Notes: generated from the sequence alone by a model not told the origin. A stretch of DNA of 64,000 bases from Clostridiales bacterium GWD2_32_19 (GCA_001795385.1 MGOU01000020.1:27539-91538); one strand, 5' to 3'; shown: positions 1 through 11,086, counted from the stretch's first letter. A program made the numbers and translations.

Positions 1-84
1 TCCTTTCACATATAATTAGATTTGGATTTAAAATCCTAATATAATTATATGCTTAATTGGGATAAGCGTTACAACATGTACTTA

Positions 85-1530
85 TTATTTATCAGCTTTA
101 TTTACTTTACGAAGTCTTCCTTTAATTGGTGTTTCTTGTAATACCCTGAGTGCCAGCTCACCTTTATTGTTAAATATTTCTACAAATGTTGATATATCAA
201 CTATATTTATGACCCCTATATCTTCCGCTGTTATCCCTTCTATGTTGCAAAGCGTACCTACTATATCTACTGGTCTCATCTTTGTCTTCTTACCAGCATT
301 AATATGTAGTTTCATAATTTCTTTGCTTAGTCCCGCATCTTTTGCTTCTTTAATTTCAGGTGTAGTATTTATTTTCTGAGTAAACTCATGTTTAACATTA
401 TCCACTGCTTCGCTTTTCGGTCTTACCTTCAAGGGAATCTCTTTCCCTATATATTCATGTATATCATCTAAATACTTTTCTTCTCTTTGTGTTACAAAAG
501 TGATTGCCCTGCCCGCCTTGTTTGCGCGTCCTGTTCTACCTATCCTATGAACATAGTTTTCACAGTCTTGTGGTACATCGTAATTGATGACAAGTGAGAT
601 ATCTTCTATGTCTATCCCTCTAGATGCAACATCTGTTGCAACTAGGTATCTAAAATTGCCTTTCTTAAAACTATTCATTACTTTTAGTCTATCACGTTGT
701 TCCATCCCGCCATGAATTTTTTCACATGTATATCTCATATTTCTGAGATTACTATAGACATCATCTACCATTAGCTGTGTATTGCAAAATATGAGACAAC
801 TATCTGGGTTTTCTACTATCGTTATATCTATTAGGAGTTTCTTTTTATCTATTTCATCCACATTATATCTTTCTTGAATTATCCTGTCTGATGCTTTATT
901 TTCATCTTCTATTTCAACATAGATAGGCTCTTTCATATATTCATTAGCTAAATCTTCTATATCCGTAGGCATTGTAGCTGATAGTAGCATCGTTACACGT
1001 TCATTTGGCAAGTTAGATATTATTGTTTCTATGTCTCTTATAAATCCCATATTTAGCATTTCGTCTGCCTCATCTATCACTAGATATTTTATATTTGATG
1101 TGTCAAATGTCCCTCTCTCAATAAGGTCAATGATACGCCCAGGCGTGCCCACCACTACATGTGTTTTTTGCCTAAGCTCCCTTTCTTGGTTATAGATTGG
1201 AGACTTTCCATATATCGCACATACTTTGATCCTTCTAAATCTACCAATATTAAAAATATCCTCTTTAACTTGGATAGCAAGTTCCCTTGTTGGCGTTATA
1301 ACCAATGCTTGAGGACTGTTATCATCCCAATCTAGTAGCTCACAAATAGGTATCGCAAATGCCGCAGTCTTTCCGCTTCCAGTTTGTGACTTTACAATTA
1401 TATCCTTTCGTTCTAGTACTACTGGTATAACCTGTCCTTGGACTTTTGTTGGACTTTTAAAATTCAACATGCTAATTGCCTTTAATAATTCACTACTTAG
1501 TTTATAATCGCTAAAATTTCCTTTTATCAT
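85..1530 (-). CDS. DEAD-box ATP-dependent RNA helicase with DbpA-like C-terminal RNA-binding domain
   Basis: 481-aa ORF with motifs TGSGKT, VIDEADEML, LSAT and HRIGRTGR. The C-terminal ~70 aa resemble the DbpA RNA-binding domain. Confidence 0.9.
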   Translation of the reverse strand: MIKGNFSDYKLSSELLKAISMLNFKSPTKVQGQVIPVVLERKDIIVKSQTGSGKTAAFAIPICELLDWDDNSPQALVITPTRELAIQVKEDIFNIGRFRRIKVCAIYGKSPIYNQERELRQKTHVVVGTPGRIIDLIERGTFDTSNIKYLVIDEADEMLNMGFIRDIETIISNLPNERVTMLLSATMPTDIEDLANEYMKEPIYVEIEDENKASDRIIQERYNVDEIDKKKLLIDITIVENPDSCLIFCNTQLMVDDVYSNLRNMRYTCEKIHGGMEQRDRLKVMNSFKKGNFRYLVATDVASRGIDIEDISLVINYDVPQDCENYVHRIGRTGRANKAGRAITFVTQREEKYLDDIHEYIGKEIPLKVRPKSEAVDNVKHEFTQKINTTPEIKEAKDAGLSKEIMKLHINAGKKTKMRPVDIVGTLCNIEGITAEDIGVINIVDISTFVEIFNNKGELALRVLQETPIKGRLRKVNKADK

Positions 1531-1574
1531 TTAAGTACCTCTTTCATTATGTTTTTTAATTGCTCAGTTGTTAT

Positions 1575-1742
1575 TTAATGAATCTCCCCGTGGCAAGCCG
1601 ACGGGGTATCATGTTGTCATTGCGAGCGTTTTTTGCGAAGCAATCTCATCTTTCAAAAACGAGATTGCTTCGTCGAAAGAACCTCCTCGCAATGACAAGA
1701 ACGCGGCAAGCCGACGGGGAATTAAACCCAAGGAGATTAAAT
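1575..1742. repeat. Nested-palindrome MITE-like intergenic repeat, copy 1
   Basis: Near-identical to 37963-38129. Core is gtcattgcgag...gaagcaatctc-loop-gagattgcttc...ctcgcaatgac. Flanked by the direct repeat ggcaagccgacgggg and terminal ttaatgaatctcc / ggagattaaat inverted ends. ORFs called across it (1560-1769, 1568-1873) are artefacts. Confidence 0.8.
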
Positions 1743-1796
1743 GTCGAGCTTCATCTATTGGTTTTTTAGTACCAATTTCTATAATAATATTTAAAA

Positions 1797-3023
1797 TTAT
1801 AATTCAGGCTTTGTTACTGGCTCTCCAGCCTCTACTAGAACTTTGTCACCTATTAAGAAAAACCCTTGAATAAATAGTAGAACACCTGTTCCTATTAGTA
1901 GCCATTCTATTTTTACAATATCAGCCAAAGGTCCAAATATAATCATCCCTAATGGCATAATAGAACTTGATATCATACCCATAACACCAAATACTCTACC
2001 CAGAAAATCAGGCTCGACTTTTTCCTGTAGCAAAACAGTTGATGGTGTATTAAAAAGAGGTATGGTAAGCCCTGATACACCCATGATGATGGCATATAAC
2101 CAAAAATTAGAAATCAATCCAAATGCAACTGTACATACTCCTATAGCTAGGCACGACAGGGTCATAGTATGAATCTTGTTTTTGAAACCTCCCCATGAAG
2201 CCATGACGATACCACCCATCATCATCCCAATTGAAAATGCGACTTCAATTGCCGTAAGACGCCAAACATCGTTGCCAAAACTACGTGTCACCTGTAACGG
2301 TGTCAAGAATGCAACAGGTGTAATTAGGAAAAAGAAAAACGCGCAGAATAAGAAAAACTTTTTAACATAGCTATGATTTTTGATATATTCTAGTCCCATA
2401 CGCATATCACTAAAGTAACTCGTTTCTTGCTTTTTCAATGCTTTTGCATGTACTGGCACTTTCAAAAAGAAAAGTAATGTTAAAACCCCTATTACTGCTG
2501 TAACTACATCTATGAAAAATATTGTCTCAATCGTAGCAATAGTAAGTAATGCACCACTAAGCATAGGTGATACTAACATAATTAGTGCTTGTACACTTCC
2601 ATTTATTCCGCTCACTTTAGTAAGTTTGTCCTCGGGTACAATCTGCGGAAGAAATGCCCCTACTGCTGGCATCTGAATTCCTCCTCCAAGTGCTCGTATA
2701 GCAGATATCAAAAAGAGTAGCCAAAGAGGATCATATCCCATTAGAAATAGTATAGCTAAAATAAGCGTTGCTGCTGCTATCATAGTATCAGACATAATAA
2801 TGAGCATTTTTCGATTATAGCGATCAGCCCATACCCCTGCAAACGGAGAAATAAAAAACATTGGCAAAAAACCACAAATAGCCGATATAGTCATCATTAC
2901 ACCAGACTGTGTTTCTAGTGTAATATACCACATAATCGCATACTGAACCAAAGATGATCCAAATAGTGATATAGTCTGGCTAGTCAAAAATAGTATTACA
3001 TTCTTTCTCCAGTTTTTATTCAT
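1797..3023 (-). CDS. MFS transporter (macrolide-efflux/DHA3-like)
   Basis: 408-aa polytopic membrane ORF. N-terminus MNKNWRKNVILFLTSQTISLFGSSLVQYAIMWY is typical of the family. Confidence 0.85.
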   Translation of the reverse strand: MNKNWRKNVILFLTSQTISLFGSSLVQYAIMWYITLETQSGVMMTISAICGFLPMFFISPFAGVWADRYNRKMLIIMSDTMIAAATLILAILFLMGYDPLWLLFLISAIRALGGGIQMPAVGAFLPQIVPEDKLTKVSGINGSVQALIMLVSPMLSGALLTIATIETIFFIDVVTAVIGVLTLLFFLKVPVHAKALKKQETSYFSDMRMGLEYIKNHSYVKKFFLFCAFFFFLITPVAFLTPLQVTRSFGNDVWRLTAIEVAFSIGMMMGGIVMASWGGFKNKIHTMTLSCLAIGVCTVAFGLISNFWLYAIIMGVSGLTIPLFNTPSTVLLQEKVEPDFLGRVFGVMGMISSSIMPLGMIIFGPLADIVKIEWLLIGTGVLLFIQGFFLIGDKVLVEAGEPVTKPEL

Positions 3024-3169
3024 TTTTCAAATATTCCTCCAATGCAAATATGTTTTCTATTTCAAATTATACCATACCTCATAAAATATGACAACAAGAA
3101 TACTCCAGTATTAACATAAAAATAAGCGCTAATGCGCTATTATTGGTTTCCCAATTCTCCTAGTTCATT

Positions 3170-3970
3170 TTAGAATTCTTTTATTTGTGTGTACTCTTTT
3201 TGAGCTTTTTCCATTGAATATTTCATATTATTTTGCTTATATATTGAATCAGCTGTTGCATCTACTGTAATCCATCTTTTTTCATCTTCTAGATATATTT
3301 GATTCCAAGCATGATATGTATCACCTGTTAATGTGCTGTATCCTTTTATTACTTTACTTTCTATTCCTTGACTTCTTAACATTGATGCAAGTATTACTGA
3401 GTAGTCATAGCATATACCTTTCTTTTCCGCTTCAACTTTGTTTACATCTGGTATGTAGTTTGTACTTAAAGTTTCGATTTTATTATAATCATATTTATAA
3501 TTTTCAACTACATATTTGTATATTGCATTTACTTTTTCTTTTTCTGTTGTCATTCCTTTTGTTAATTCACTTGCTACTATTACTACTTTATCTTCTACTT
3601 TCCAGTTGATTATTTTGTTTGATGTTAAGAAAACTTTTTCTGTAATTACCATTTTTAGCTCTAAAGAAGTTTCATATACTTTAGTGTAGTTTGTCCCAAA
3701 TACTGCTTGAAAAATTTTTAATGAGTAATTTCCGTTTCCTAATTGTAATGGATATCTTTCTTCAATTTTCATCATGTCATACATATATTTGCTTCCGTCT
3801 TTTTCTATTATTACTTTCATGCTTGCGCTTATTTCTTCACTGTATTTTACTGTTACTATTCCGTTTTCTTGATCTATGCTTGTACTTATTATTTCTTCTG
3901 CTAATGCTTTTGTTGTTAAGATTGTTATTGCTATTACTAAGATTGATGTTATTATCAATAGCTTTTTCAT
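3170..3970 (-). CDS. Secreted transglutaminase-like (Cys-His-Asp core) protein
   Basis: Signal peptide. GICYDYSVILASMLRS ... YHAWNQIYL ... WITVDAT matches the transglutaminase-like cysteine protease core. Paralog of 62077-62877. Confidence 0.75.
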   Translation of the reverse strand: MKKLLIITSILVIAITILTTKALAEEIISTSIDQENGIVTVKYSEEISASMKVIIEKDGSKYMYDMMKIEERYPLQLGNGNYSLKIFQAVFGTNYTKVYETSLELKMVITEKVFLTSNKIINWKVEDKVVIVASELTKGMTTEKEKVNAIYKYVVENYKYDYNKIETLSTNYIPDVNKVEAEKKGICYDYSVILASMLRSQGIESKVIKGYSTLTGDTYHAWNQIYLEDEKRWITVDATADSIYKQNNMKYSMEKAQKEYTQIKEF

Positions 3971-4164
3971 AAAAATCCCCTCTTCCTGATTGCTTGCCTC
4001 TTGTTTAGAGAAGACCCTTAGCTAATCAGTTGAGGGGGAAGAGAGGTTTATGTTGCCTTCTCTTCTAATTTATTATATTTTACCACTTTATGTCATATAT
4101 GTCAATGCTTCCTACAGAAAAAGTGTAGATTAATGTAATATTAGGCTGTATTTGGTAATCAAAT

Positions 4165-4204
4165 GGAAAAACAAAGGCCTATCTCCTTAAAGATAGGCCT
4201 TTGT
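4165..4204 (-). terminator. Rho-independent terminator downstream of the SLH gene
   Basis: Perfect 14-bp stem acaaaggcctatct/agataggcctttgt, followed by a T-run on the minus strand. Confidence 0.7.
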
Positions 4205-4240
4205 CTGTTTTGCTTGTAATTTGAAAGTTTTTATTATCAT

Positions 4241-4403
4241 TTAATGAACCTCCCCGCAACAAGCTGACGGGGTATCATGTTGTCATTGCGAGGAACGAAG
4301 CAATCTCTCTTTTGTCTTTTAAAGAACGGGATTGCTTCGTTCCTCGCAATGACAAATTTAGCACGCAGCAGAGCTGCGGGGAATTGACCCTGAGAGATTA
4401 ATA
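4241..4403. repeat. Nested-palindrome MITE-like repeat, copy 2 (diverged)
   Basis: Same architecture and orientation as 1575-1742: ttaatgaacctccccg...gtcattgcgag...gaagcaatctc...gggattgcttc...ctcgcaatgac...gagagattaat. The ORF at 4237-4431 is an artefact. Confidence 0.75.
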
Positions 4404-4411
4404 TTCTAATA

Positions 4412-4876
4412 CTAATGTATACGGCTTTCAAATGTATCTGTAGCTATTTTCAGATCCGCTTTTGCTGCGTTTAAAACCCCTACTTTTACTATTTCTGTAT
4501 TAGCTGCTATTGCTTCATCTATTGCATTTTTATAATTAATTTCTGCAGCTAAAGCCATTTTGTTATTTGAAGTATTTGCTGCCTTAATTATAGCATCTTG
4601 CCCTCCATGTAGTTCTTCTGCAGTTTTAATATTACCTAAAAGACTCGTTCTTACGTCATTTAATATTCCTACAGCTGTATTAAAATCAGTTGTAGCCTTT
4701 TCAAACTTTGTTGTTGCTAATCCTAATTTTATTCCTACTTTATCTAATTCCACTGCTACTACATTTTGTTTTTCAGAATCATTTGCTTCTTTTATTGCTA
4801 ACTTATAATCTTCTACTTCGGCAGCATATATTTCCCATGCTCTATCTAAAGCAACTCTATCATAAGCGCTTACATC
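4412..4876 (-). other. Out-of-frame 3' continuation of the SLH protein gene (helical repeat region)
   Basis: The frame is open from 4876 to 4412. It encodes DVSAYDRVALDRAWEIYAAEVEDYKLAIKEAN...VELDKVGIKLG..., which continues the repeat pattern of the upstream ORF's C-terminus. It is separated from that ORF by a 1-nt frame change at about 4870-4878. Confidence 0.6.
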
Positions 4877-7053
4877 TCAATTATATTTGCAGCAGCTTTT
4901 TGTGCTGTTGATGCATTGTCAATAACATTTTCAAGATTTTCTCTTGCTGATTTTAATGTTTCTACTGCTTGATCATATATACCTTTAGCTGTATTTAATG
5001 TTGACATTGCTGATTCTAACTCTACTCTTATCTCATTTATTTGTTCTGCTTTTTTTTCTGGTGTATAATCTTTTATTGCTTTATCTAATGCTATTACATA
5101 TTCAGATACTAATGGATTATATATTTCCCATGCACCAGCTAAATCCCTTTGTTCTTTTTTATCTACTCCACCAACTTTTGCTACTTCATCCGTTTTTAAA
5201 GTTGTTGCATTAGCTATAACTGTTTCGATATTTGTTCTAGCTGTATCCAATGTATCTAATGTAGTGTCAAATAAACCTTTAGCATACCCTAACCTATTTG
5301 TTGCCCGTACTAAATCACCAATTGCCTTATATACTGTATTTTGATTTACTGACTCGTTATTATTTATTCCTTCTGCTACTTCAATTGCTTGCGCATATTC
5401 TTTTACTTCTTCATCATATGCTACCCATGCCCCATTTAATGCTGTCTTATCATTACTGGCATCTAAGACTCTTCTTGCTTCTTCTGTAAATATAACAGTA
5501 GCAGCAGCAATAGCTTTAATTAGCCATGATTTATCAGCTTTTTTTCCTATATTTATATGCCTTACATATATTTCTCTTGATTCACCTAACTTTCTCATTA
5601 CAGCCCATACTTCTTCATCGTTTTCTACTGTAGATTTAGTAGCTAATGCTTCACTTATTGCTAATTCTAATGCATCATTAACTTCTTGTGTTACCCATTT
5701 TCTAGTTGTTAAAACATCTTTACCATCTACACTTATCAAAATATCTTTTTTTACTTCGTTAGCTTTATTTATAGCCCAATCTATTATACCAGTATTTGCA
5801 GAAGATACTATTACAGTTACTGTGTATTTTTGTGTTGTGTAATCCTGAGCGGTTACTATATAATCTACTGGATCTTTAAAATTGTTTACTGTTGTTTCAC
5901 TAACTTGCGAAGTTTCTCCTATAGCAACAGTTGATGCTGCTGAACTCGTAAATGTTGCTACTAGCTCACTTGAATTAGTTCCTCTTGGAACCACTACTCT
6001 TATTGTTTTTTCTGTCTCATTTATTACTCCTACTGCAGCTGGTGTTTTAATACCAAATGATGTAATAGCTTTTTCACTACTTTTTTGAATTATAGTAACT
6101 ACTGTTGTTCCCGTAACTCCAGAAGCAGTATTTGTCGCTTTTACCGTTACTGTACCTACTCCTGTTGCTGTCAATAATCCATTTACATCTATTGTTGCAG
6201 TCCCATTATTTAGAGTCACAACACTCCATGTTACATCTTTGTTTGTTGCATTTGTTGGTGCAACTGCTGCACTCATTTGGGATGTGCCACTTACAAAAAC
6301 TGTTGATGCACTATTTGTTACTGCAATATTAGTTACTTGGATATTAGAATTTCTTCTGTGGCTGCTACTACTAGACTTTTTAGTAACAGTGATTGGACCT
6401 TGTGCTACTTCTTCATCATCAATCTTTACTAATAAACTTTCAATAAGTTTATTAAGTACCACTACCACTTCTATACGGCTAACATTTTCTGTTGCCTTAA
6501 ATTCATCTTTAACAAATCCTTCAAAAAGATTTTGTCTTAGGGTAGCACTGATTGCCCCTCTACTCCATGTTGAAATTTGTTCTATATCTATTAATTCATT
6601 TAATATTACATTATCTTCTGTTGTATCTAATATTCCGAGTCTAGCAAGCACAACAGCAAACTCCTGTCGGCTTATGTATTTATCAGGAAGTATCATGTTA
6701 TCTGTACCATTCATATATCCATGATTGTAAGCTTTTTGTACATCTTTATAAAACCAATTTTCCTCTAAAACATCTGAAAAACTTATTTCCTTAATACCAT
6801 CTAATCCCATTGCTTTATTTACCAAACTCATAAATTCTGCTCTTGTTATAGAGTTGTTGGGTTTAAAAGTGTTATCTGGATACCCTTTTATATATCCTTT
6901 GTCTATCCATTCTTCAGCTACTACCTTATATGGATTTCCATCAAGATCAGAAAATCTAGTTGCTGCCATTATAGGTATTGGTATTACACTAGTAATTACA
7001 AATACTATTGTTAGTAAAAATGCTAACAACTTTTGCCTTTTGTTTTTAATCAT
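4870..7053 (-). CDS. SLH-domain cell-surface protein with Big_2 Ig-like domain and helical-repeat C-terminus
   Basis: Signal peptide. SLH repeats (FSDLDGNPY...ITRAEFMSLVNKA; ISRQEFAVVLARL). Big_2-like block (VTNIAVTN...DVTWSVV...GTVTVKATN). Confidence 0.85.
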   Translation of the reverse strand: MIKNKRQKLLAFLLTIVFVITSVIPIPIMAATRFSDLDGNPYKVVAEEWIDKGYIKGYPDNTFKPNNSITRAEFMSLVNKAMGLDGIKEISFSDVLEENWFYKDVQKAYNHGYMNGTDNMILPDKYISRQEFAVVLARLGILDTTEDNVILNELIDIEQISTWSRGAISATLRQNLFEGFVKDEFKATENVSRIEVVVVLNKLIESLLVKIDDEEVAQGPITVTKKSSSSSHRRNSNIQVTNIAVTNSASTVFVSGTSQMSAAVAPTNATNKDVTWSVVTLNNGTATIDVNGLLTATGVGTVTVKATNTASGVTGTTVVTIIQKSSEKAITSFGIKTPAAVGVINETEKTIRVVVPRGTNSSELVATFTSSAASTVAIGETSQVSETTVNNFKDPVDYIVTAQDYTTQKYTVTVIVSSANTGIIDWAINKANEVKKDILISVDGKDVLTTRKWVTQEVNDALELAISEALATKSTVENDEEVWAVMRKLGESREIYVRHINIGKKADKSWLIKAIAAATVIFTEEARRVLDASNDKTALNGAWVAYDEEVKEYAQAIEVAEGINNNESVNQNTVYKAIGDLVRATNRLGYAKGLFDTTLDTLDTARTNIETVIANATTLKTDEVAKVGGVDKKEQRDLAGAWEIYNPLVSEYVIALDKAIKDYTPEKKAEQINEIRVELESAMSTLNTAKGIYDQAVETLKSARENLENVIDNASTAQKAAANIIEM

Positions 7054-7240
7054 TTCAATCCTCCTAAAGGTTATTTTTAATGTTTAGATTTAATTAATGG
7101 TTACTTATTTGTTTTTAAATTAATACTTTACCTCTTTCTTTTAATATATAAATTTGTTTCATTTTAATATTGTATATTAATGTTTTACAAAAAAATGTCT
7201 AACCAAGTAATTTTACTTTTTATACCATTTTAAAGTATAA

Positions 7241-7290
7241 TACTAACAAAAAACAGAAATATAATTTATATCTCTGCTTTTTTGTTAGTA
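7241..7290. terminator. Long hairpin, probable bidirectional terminator
   Basis: tactaacaaaaaacagaaatata-attt-atatctctgcttttttgttagta, flanked by A/T runs. Confidence 0.5.
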
Positions 7291-7331
7291 TTATATTAAT
7301 AAACTCTTGCATATATCTACTAAATTACATC

Positions 7332-8699
7332 TTATACTGGAATACCTATTAGATCAAACAAATCTACCCAATCCTTGTCTGATTCTGCTGTTAGATTTGT
7401 ATTTTCAACTGTATATTCTTCTCCATATACATCTGTAATTGTTATTTCTGCTTTTGCTGGCTCTACACCTATTACTGGTGACCATGTCCCAAATTTCCAA
7501 TAATTATCTTCATCAGCTATATAAGTTCCTTCTTCTATAAAGAATGGTGTACTAAATTTTCCACCTGTTACTGTCTTTAACAATACCATGTTCCCTGCAT
7601 TTTTTACTAATGAATTACCATCGGCATCAAATAATTCTACTTCATTGATGCTACATTATTTAAATTTGTTGTTCCAATATTCCAACCTACATTGATTCCT
7701 ACATAATCTGCTGCTTTATTTGTATTGAAGTTCTCTGCTTCTAAATTCATATCACTATATCCTACATTATCTTTAGAATATGTTGTATATTTATTTTTTG
7801 AAATTGTTAACTTATATGATGTATTTACAGTTAATCTGGGTTAGTCAGCGTTAATGTGTATATGCCATTAATATATACAACACTCTCAATAGAAACACTA
7901 GGTTCAAATCCAAAGTTCTCTTTTATAAATCCATCTGTTGATGATATCACTGTAACAATATTTGCACTTGTAACAGTCACATCACTTACTTGTGTACTTC
8001 TACGTGTAGAACCACCGCTGCCACTATGTTTCTTAGTAACAATAGGAGCTTGTGGTATTTGTTCTTCTTGAATTGTAACTAACAAACTATCAATTAGTCT
8101 ATCTAGTACGACTACAACTTCCATCCTACTAACAACTTCTGTAGGATTGAACTCGTCTATTACAAAACCTTCAAAAAACTTAGCTTTCAATGTCGCACAT
8201 ACGGCACCTTTGCTCCAGTCAGGAATTTGGTTCTCGTCTGTAAGCGTGCTTAAAACTGTTTCATCCACATTTTCGTCGAGACTTCCTAGTCTTGATACAA
8301 CAACTGCAAATTCTTGTCTGCTTATATTGTTTGCAGGAAACATTCTATTTTCTGATCCTTTCATATATCCTTTTTTTACTGCTTTTAAAACTTCTTCATA
8401 AAACCAATCATTTATTAATACATCCGTAAAGCTTGCATTCTCAATTTCTTTTAAATCTAATGCTCTATTAACTAATGCCATAAACTCTGCTCTAGTTATA
8501 GGATTACTTGGTCTAAATGTGCCATCTTCATAGCCTTCTATGTATGCTTTATCTATCCATTTTTGTGCTATTTCATGATATGGATTACCCTCCATATCAT
8601 GAAATAGAGTTTCTGCCATTGATGTCACTGATACACTTGTAATTATAAATGCTATTGTTAGTAAAAATACTAATAATTTTTTCCTTTGTTATTAATCAT
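7332..8699 (-). pseudogene. Decayed paralog of the SLH surface-protein gene
   Basis: The 265-aa ORF (7831-8628) aligns to the SLH region of the 727-aa protein. The ATG at 8699 with a GGGGG RBS encodes MINNKGK, then runs out of frame at the T6/A6 run 8677-8682. One extra A would give ...KKLLVFLLTIAFIITSVSVTSMAET. Further frame breaks lie near 7831 and 7640. Confidence 0.7.
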
Positions 8700-8896
8700 T
8701 TACAAACCCCCTAAAAGTTATTTTAATCTTTAGATTTAATTAATATTTACATATACTTATTTAAAGCTTTATCACCTTTACCTCCTTCCTTATTTATATA
8801 AAATTACTAATATACTTTTATATTGTATATTAGTAATTCCCATGAAAATGTCAAATTAAGTTTCTCTTACTTTTTTTTCTATTTTAAATTACTACA

Positions 8897-8930
8897 CAAA
8901 AAAACCAGGGATAATATATCCCTGGTTTTT
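8897..8930. terminator. Terminator downstream of tsf
   Basis: Stem ccagggata/tatccctgg, flanked by an A-run and a T-run. Confidence 0.7.
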
Positions 8931-8963
8931 ACCATGTTTAACGATATTTGATATCTTATATAT

Positions 8964-9887
8964 TTATTTCTTCATACTTTCTACTTGAGCAGCTACTTCA
9001 TCTGCAAAGTTTTCTTCTTTCTTTTGTATACCTTCACCAGTTTCAAATCTAACAAATGATACAACTTTTACTTCTGTACCTACTTGTTTTGATACTGATT
9101 CTAAGTATTTTGTTATTGTTACTTCTGGATCTTTTACATAATTTTGCTCAAGAAGGCAAACTTCTTGTAATTGTTTGTTTAATCTTCCTGCTATCATTTT
9201 TTCAACTATTTCAGCTGGTTTTCCTTCGCTTAAAGCTTGTTCTCTAAGGATTGCTTTTTCGCTTTCTACATAATCAGCTGGTATTTCACCAGAAGATAGG
9301 TATAAAGGGTTTATAGCTGCTACTTGCATTGCTATATTTTTTCCTGCTTCTATTACTGCATCAGAGTTATTAGTAGTGTTAAGTTTTACAAAAACACCAA
9401 TTTTTCCTCCACCATGTATATATGGAACAACTACTCCATCAGTAGTATTTAATTTTACAAATCTTCTAATACTTAGGTTTTCACCTATTGTAGATATTTT
9501 TTCTGTTAATACATCTTTAACTGTTTTGTTTTGATCCTTTAACCATTTTTGATTTAATAAATCTTCTGTATCATTTACTTGTGTTTTTGCAACTTGTTCA
9601 GCTACATCTTTTACATAAGTTCTAAAGTTTTCGTTTTTAGAAACAAAATCTGTTTCACTATTTACTTCAACCATTGCTGCAATTCCGTCAGTTATAGAAA
9701 CTTCTACCATACCTTCTGCTGCTATACGTCCTGCTTTTTTAGCTGCTTTAGATAATCCTTTTTCTCTTAACCATTCTATTGCTTTTTCCATGTCTGAATT
9801 ATTTTCCATTAGAGCTTTCTTGCAGTCCATCATACCTGCGCTTGTTCTTTCTCTAAGTTCTTTTATCTCGTTTGTTGAAACTTCCAT
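8964..9887 (-). CDS. tsf: Elongation factor Ts
   Basis: MEVSTNEIKELRERTSAGMMDCKKAL... Start chosen at the internal ATG preceded by GGAGGGG; the ORF track extends to 9935. Confidence 0.95.
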   Translation of the reverse strand: MEVSTNEIKELRERTSAGMMDCKKALMENNSDMEKAIEWLREKGLSKAAKKAGRIAAEGMVEVSITDGIAAMVEVNSETDFVSKNENFRTYVKDVAEQVAKTQVNDTEDLLNQKWLKDQNKTVKDVLTEKISTIGENLSIRRFVKLNTTDGVVVPYIHGGGKIGVFVKLNTTNNSDAVIEAGKNIAMQVAAINPLYLSSGEIPADYVESEKAILREQALSEGKPAEIVEKMIAGRLNKQLQEVCLLEQNYVKDPEVTITKYLESVSKQVGTEVKVVSFVRFETGEGIQKKEENFADEVAAQVESMKK

Positions 9888-10037
9888 TATTACCCCTCCT
9901 GTATAATAAAAATGTACGAACAGATTATCTCCCATCGATTACCCTTGCGACTAGAATTTATTATCGGAAGTCAAGTCTTAGAATGTAATCCATCCATACA
10001 AGTTTTATGTTATATTTTAATATCAATATTCAATTAA

Positions 10038-10802
10038 TTATTTTACTGATTCTTCTAATTCTTCGTTAAATGCAAACTCTTCTTCTGCATTTTCGCCATT
10101 ATCATTCTCTGCATCTTTACACATCATTCTACCTTCTATTGCAGCTGATGCCATTTTATCAACAATAAGCTTAACTGCTCTTATAGCATCATCATTTCCT
10201 GGTATTACATAGTCAACATCATCTGGGTCACAGTTTGTATCAACGATACCTACTGTAGGTATATCAAGTGCTCTTGCTTCAAGTATTGCAGTTCTTTCTT
10301 TTTTAGGATCTACTATAAATAACACGCTAGGTAGTTTTTTCATTTCTTTTATTCCACCTATGTTTTTTTCTAATAGTGCCATTTCTTTTTTAAGTTTTAT
10401 AACTTCTTTTTTTGGAAGAACATCAAATGTTCCGTCTGCTTCCATTTTTTCAAGGTCTTTCAACTTTTTAATTCTTGTCTTTATTGTTTTAAAGTTAGTA
10501 AGCATTCCGCCTAACCATCTGTTTGTTACATGGAACATATCTGATCTTTCTGCTGCTTCTTTTACAGCATCTTGAGCTTGTTTTTTAGTTCCTATAAAAA
10601 GAACTGTTCCACCCTTTTCTACTGTTTTTTTGATAAAAGCATACGCATTATCAATCTTTTTTGATGATTTTTGTAAATCGATAATATAAATACCGTTTCT
10701 TGATGTAAAGATGTACTCAGCCATCTTAGGGTTCCATCTTCTTGTTTGATGTCCAAAATGAACACCCGCTTCTAATAAACTCTTCATTGAAATTACTGAC
10801 AT
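10038..10802 (-). CDS. rpsB: 30S ribosomal protein S2
   Basis: [27 protein letters not shown]... is canonical S2. GGAGG RBS present. Confidence 0.97.
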   Translation of the reverse strand: MSVISMKSLLEAGVHFGHQTRRWNPKMAEYIFTSRNGIYIIDLQKSSKKIDNAYAFIKKTVEKGGTVLFIGTKKQAQDAVKEAAERSDMFHVTNRWLGGMLTNFKTIKTRIKKLKDLEKMEADGTFDVLPKKEVIKLKKEMALLEKNIGGIKEMKKLPSVLFIVDPKKERTAILEARALDIPTVGIVDTNCDPDDVDYVIPGNDDAIRAVKLIVDKMASAAIEGRMMCKDAENDNGENAEEEFAFNEELEESVK

Positions 10803-10914
10803 GTAAATAGCCTCCTGGTTTTTTTAAATTCTTCCATGTCTTTCATCACTTTGAGAAACCAATTCTTGGCACCCTCTCAAAATATCAAAACATGTGTATG
10901 ATGTTAACGTGAGT

Positions 10915-10944
10915 ATTTTACCATATAAAAGGACTTGTTGTCAA
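10915..10944 (-). promoter_or_regulatory. Candidate sigma-A promoter for rpsB-tsf
   Basis: Minus strand reads TTGACA-18 nt-TAAAAT, with a TG upstream of the -10. Confidence 0.45.
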
Positions 10945-11001
10945 CTGTTTTTTGGAAAATACTTGAATATTACTTGTATTTGTTGATATTAGTTTTATGT
11001 T

Positions 11002-11086
11002 CTCCCCCTGCTAAAGGAGAGTTAGAGGGTGGTAGAGTTGGTATTAAAACAATGTAACCCCACCTAACCTCCCCTTAGCAGGGGAG
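11002..11086. repeat. G/C-run inverted repeat (large imperfect hairpin)
   Basis: ctccccctgctaaaggagagttagagggtgg ... ccacctaacctccccttagcaggggag. Confidence 0.6.

Noticed and set aside
1560-1873. ORFs 1560-1769 and 1568-1873 (and likewise 4237-4431, 37965-38195 and 37996-38208) as protein-coding genes.
   Set aside because: They lie entirely within copies of the nested-palindrome repeat. They have no RBS, and their sequences are just translations of the palindromic DNA.
3316-3972. Plus-strand ORFs antisense to minus-strand genes. Examples: 3316-3609, 3691-3972, 4998-6724, 28758-30422, 32010-32594, 41423-41848, 42283-42894 and 59921-60400.
   Set aside because: They are Leu/Ser/Phe-rich low-complexity translations of the antisense strand of well-supported genes in AT-rich DNA. 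They have no RBS and no domain signatures.
3971-4090. A c-di-GMP riboswitch upstream of the first transglutaminase-like gene, by analogy with its paralog.
   Set aside because: The leader is structured, with CU-rich segments complementary to the SD. It lacks the GGCAAAC/ACGCAAA blocks of class I, and I could not match it to class II from memory. Left uncalled.
7880-7900. A tRNA-like T-loop sequence, GGTTCAAATCC.
   Set aside because: The flanking bases cannot form a T-stem or acceptor stem, and the sequence lies inside the SLH pseudogene coding sequence.
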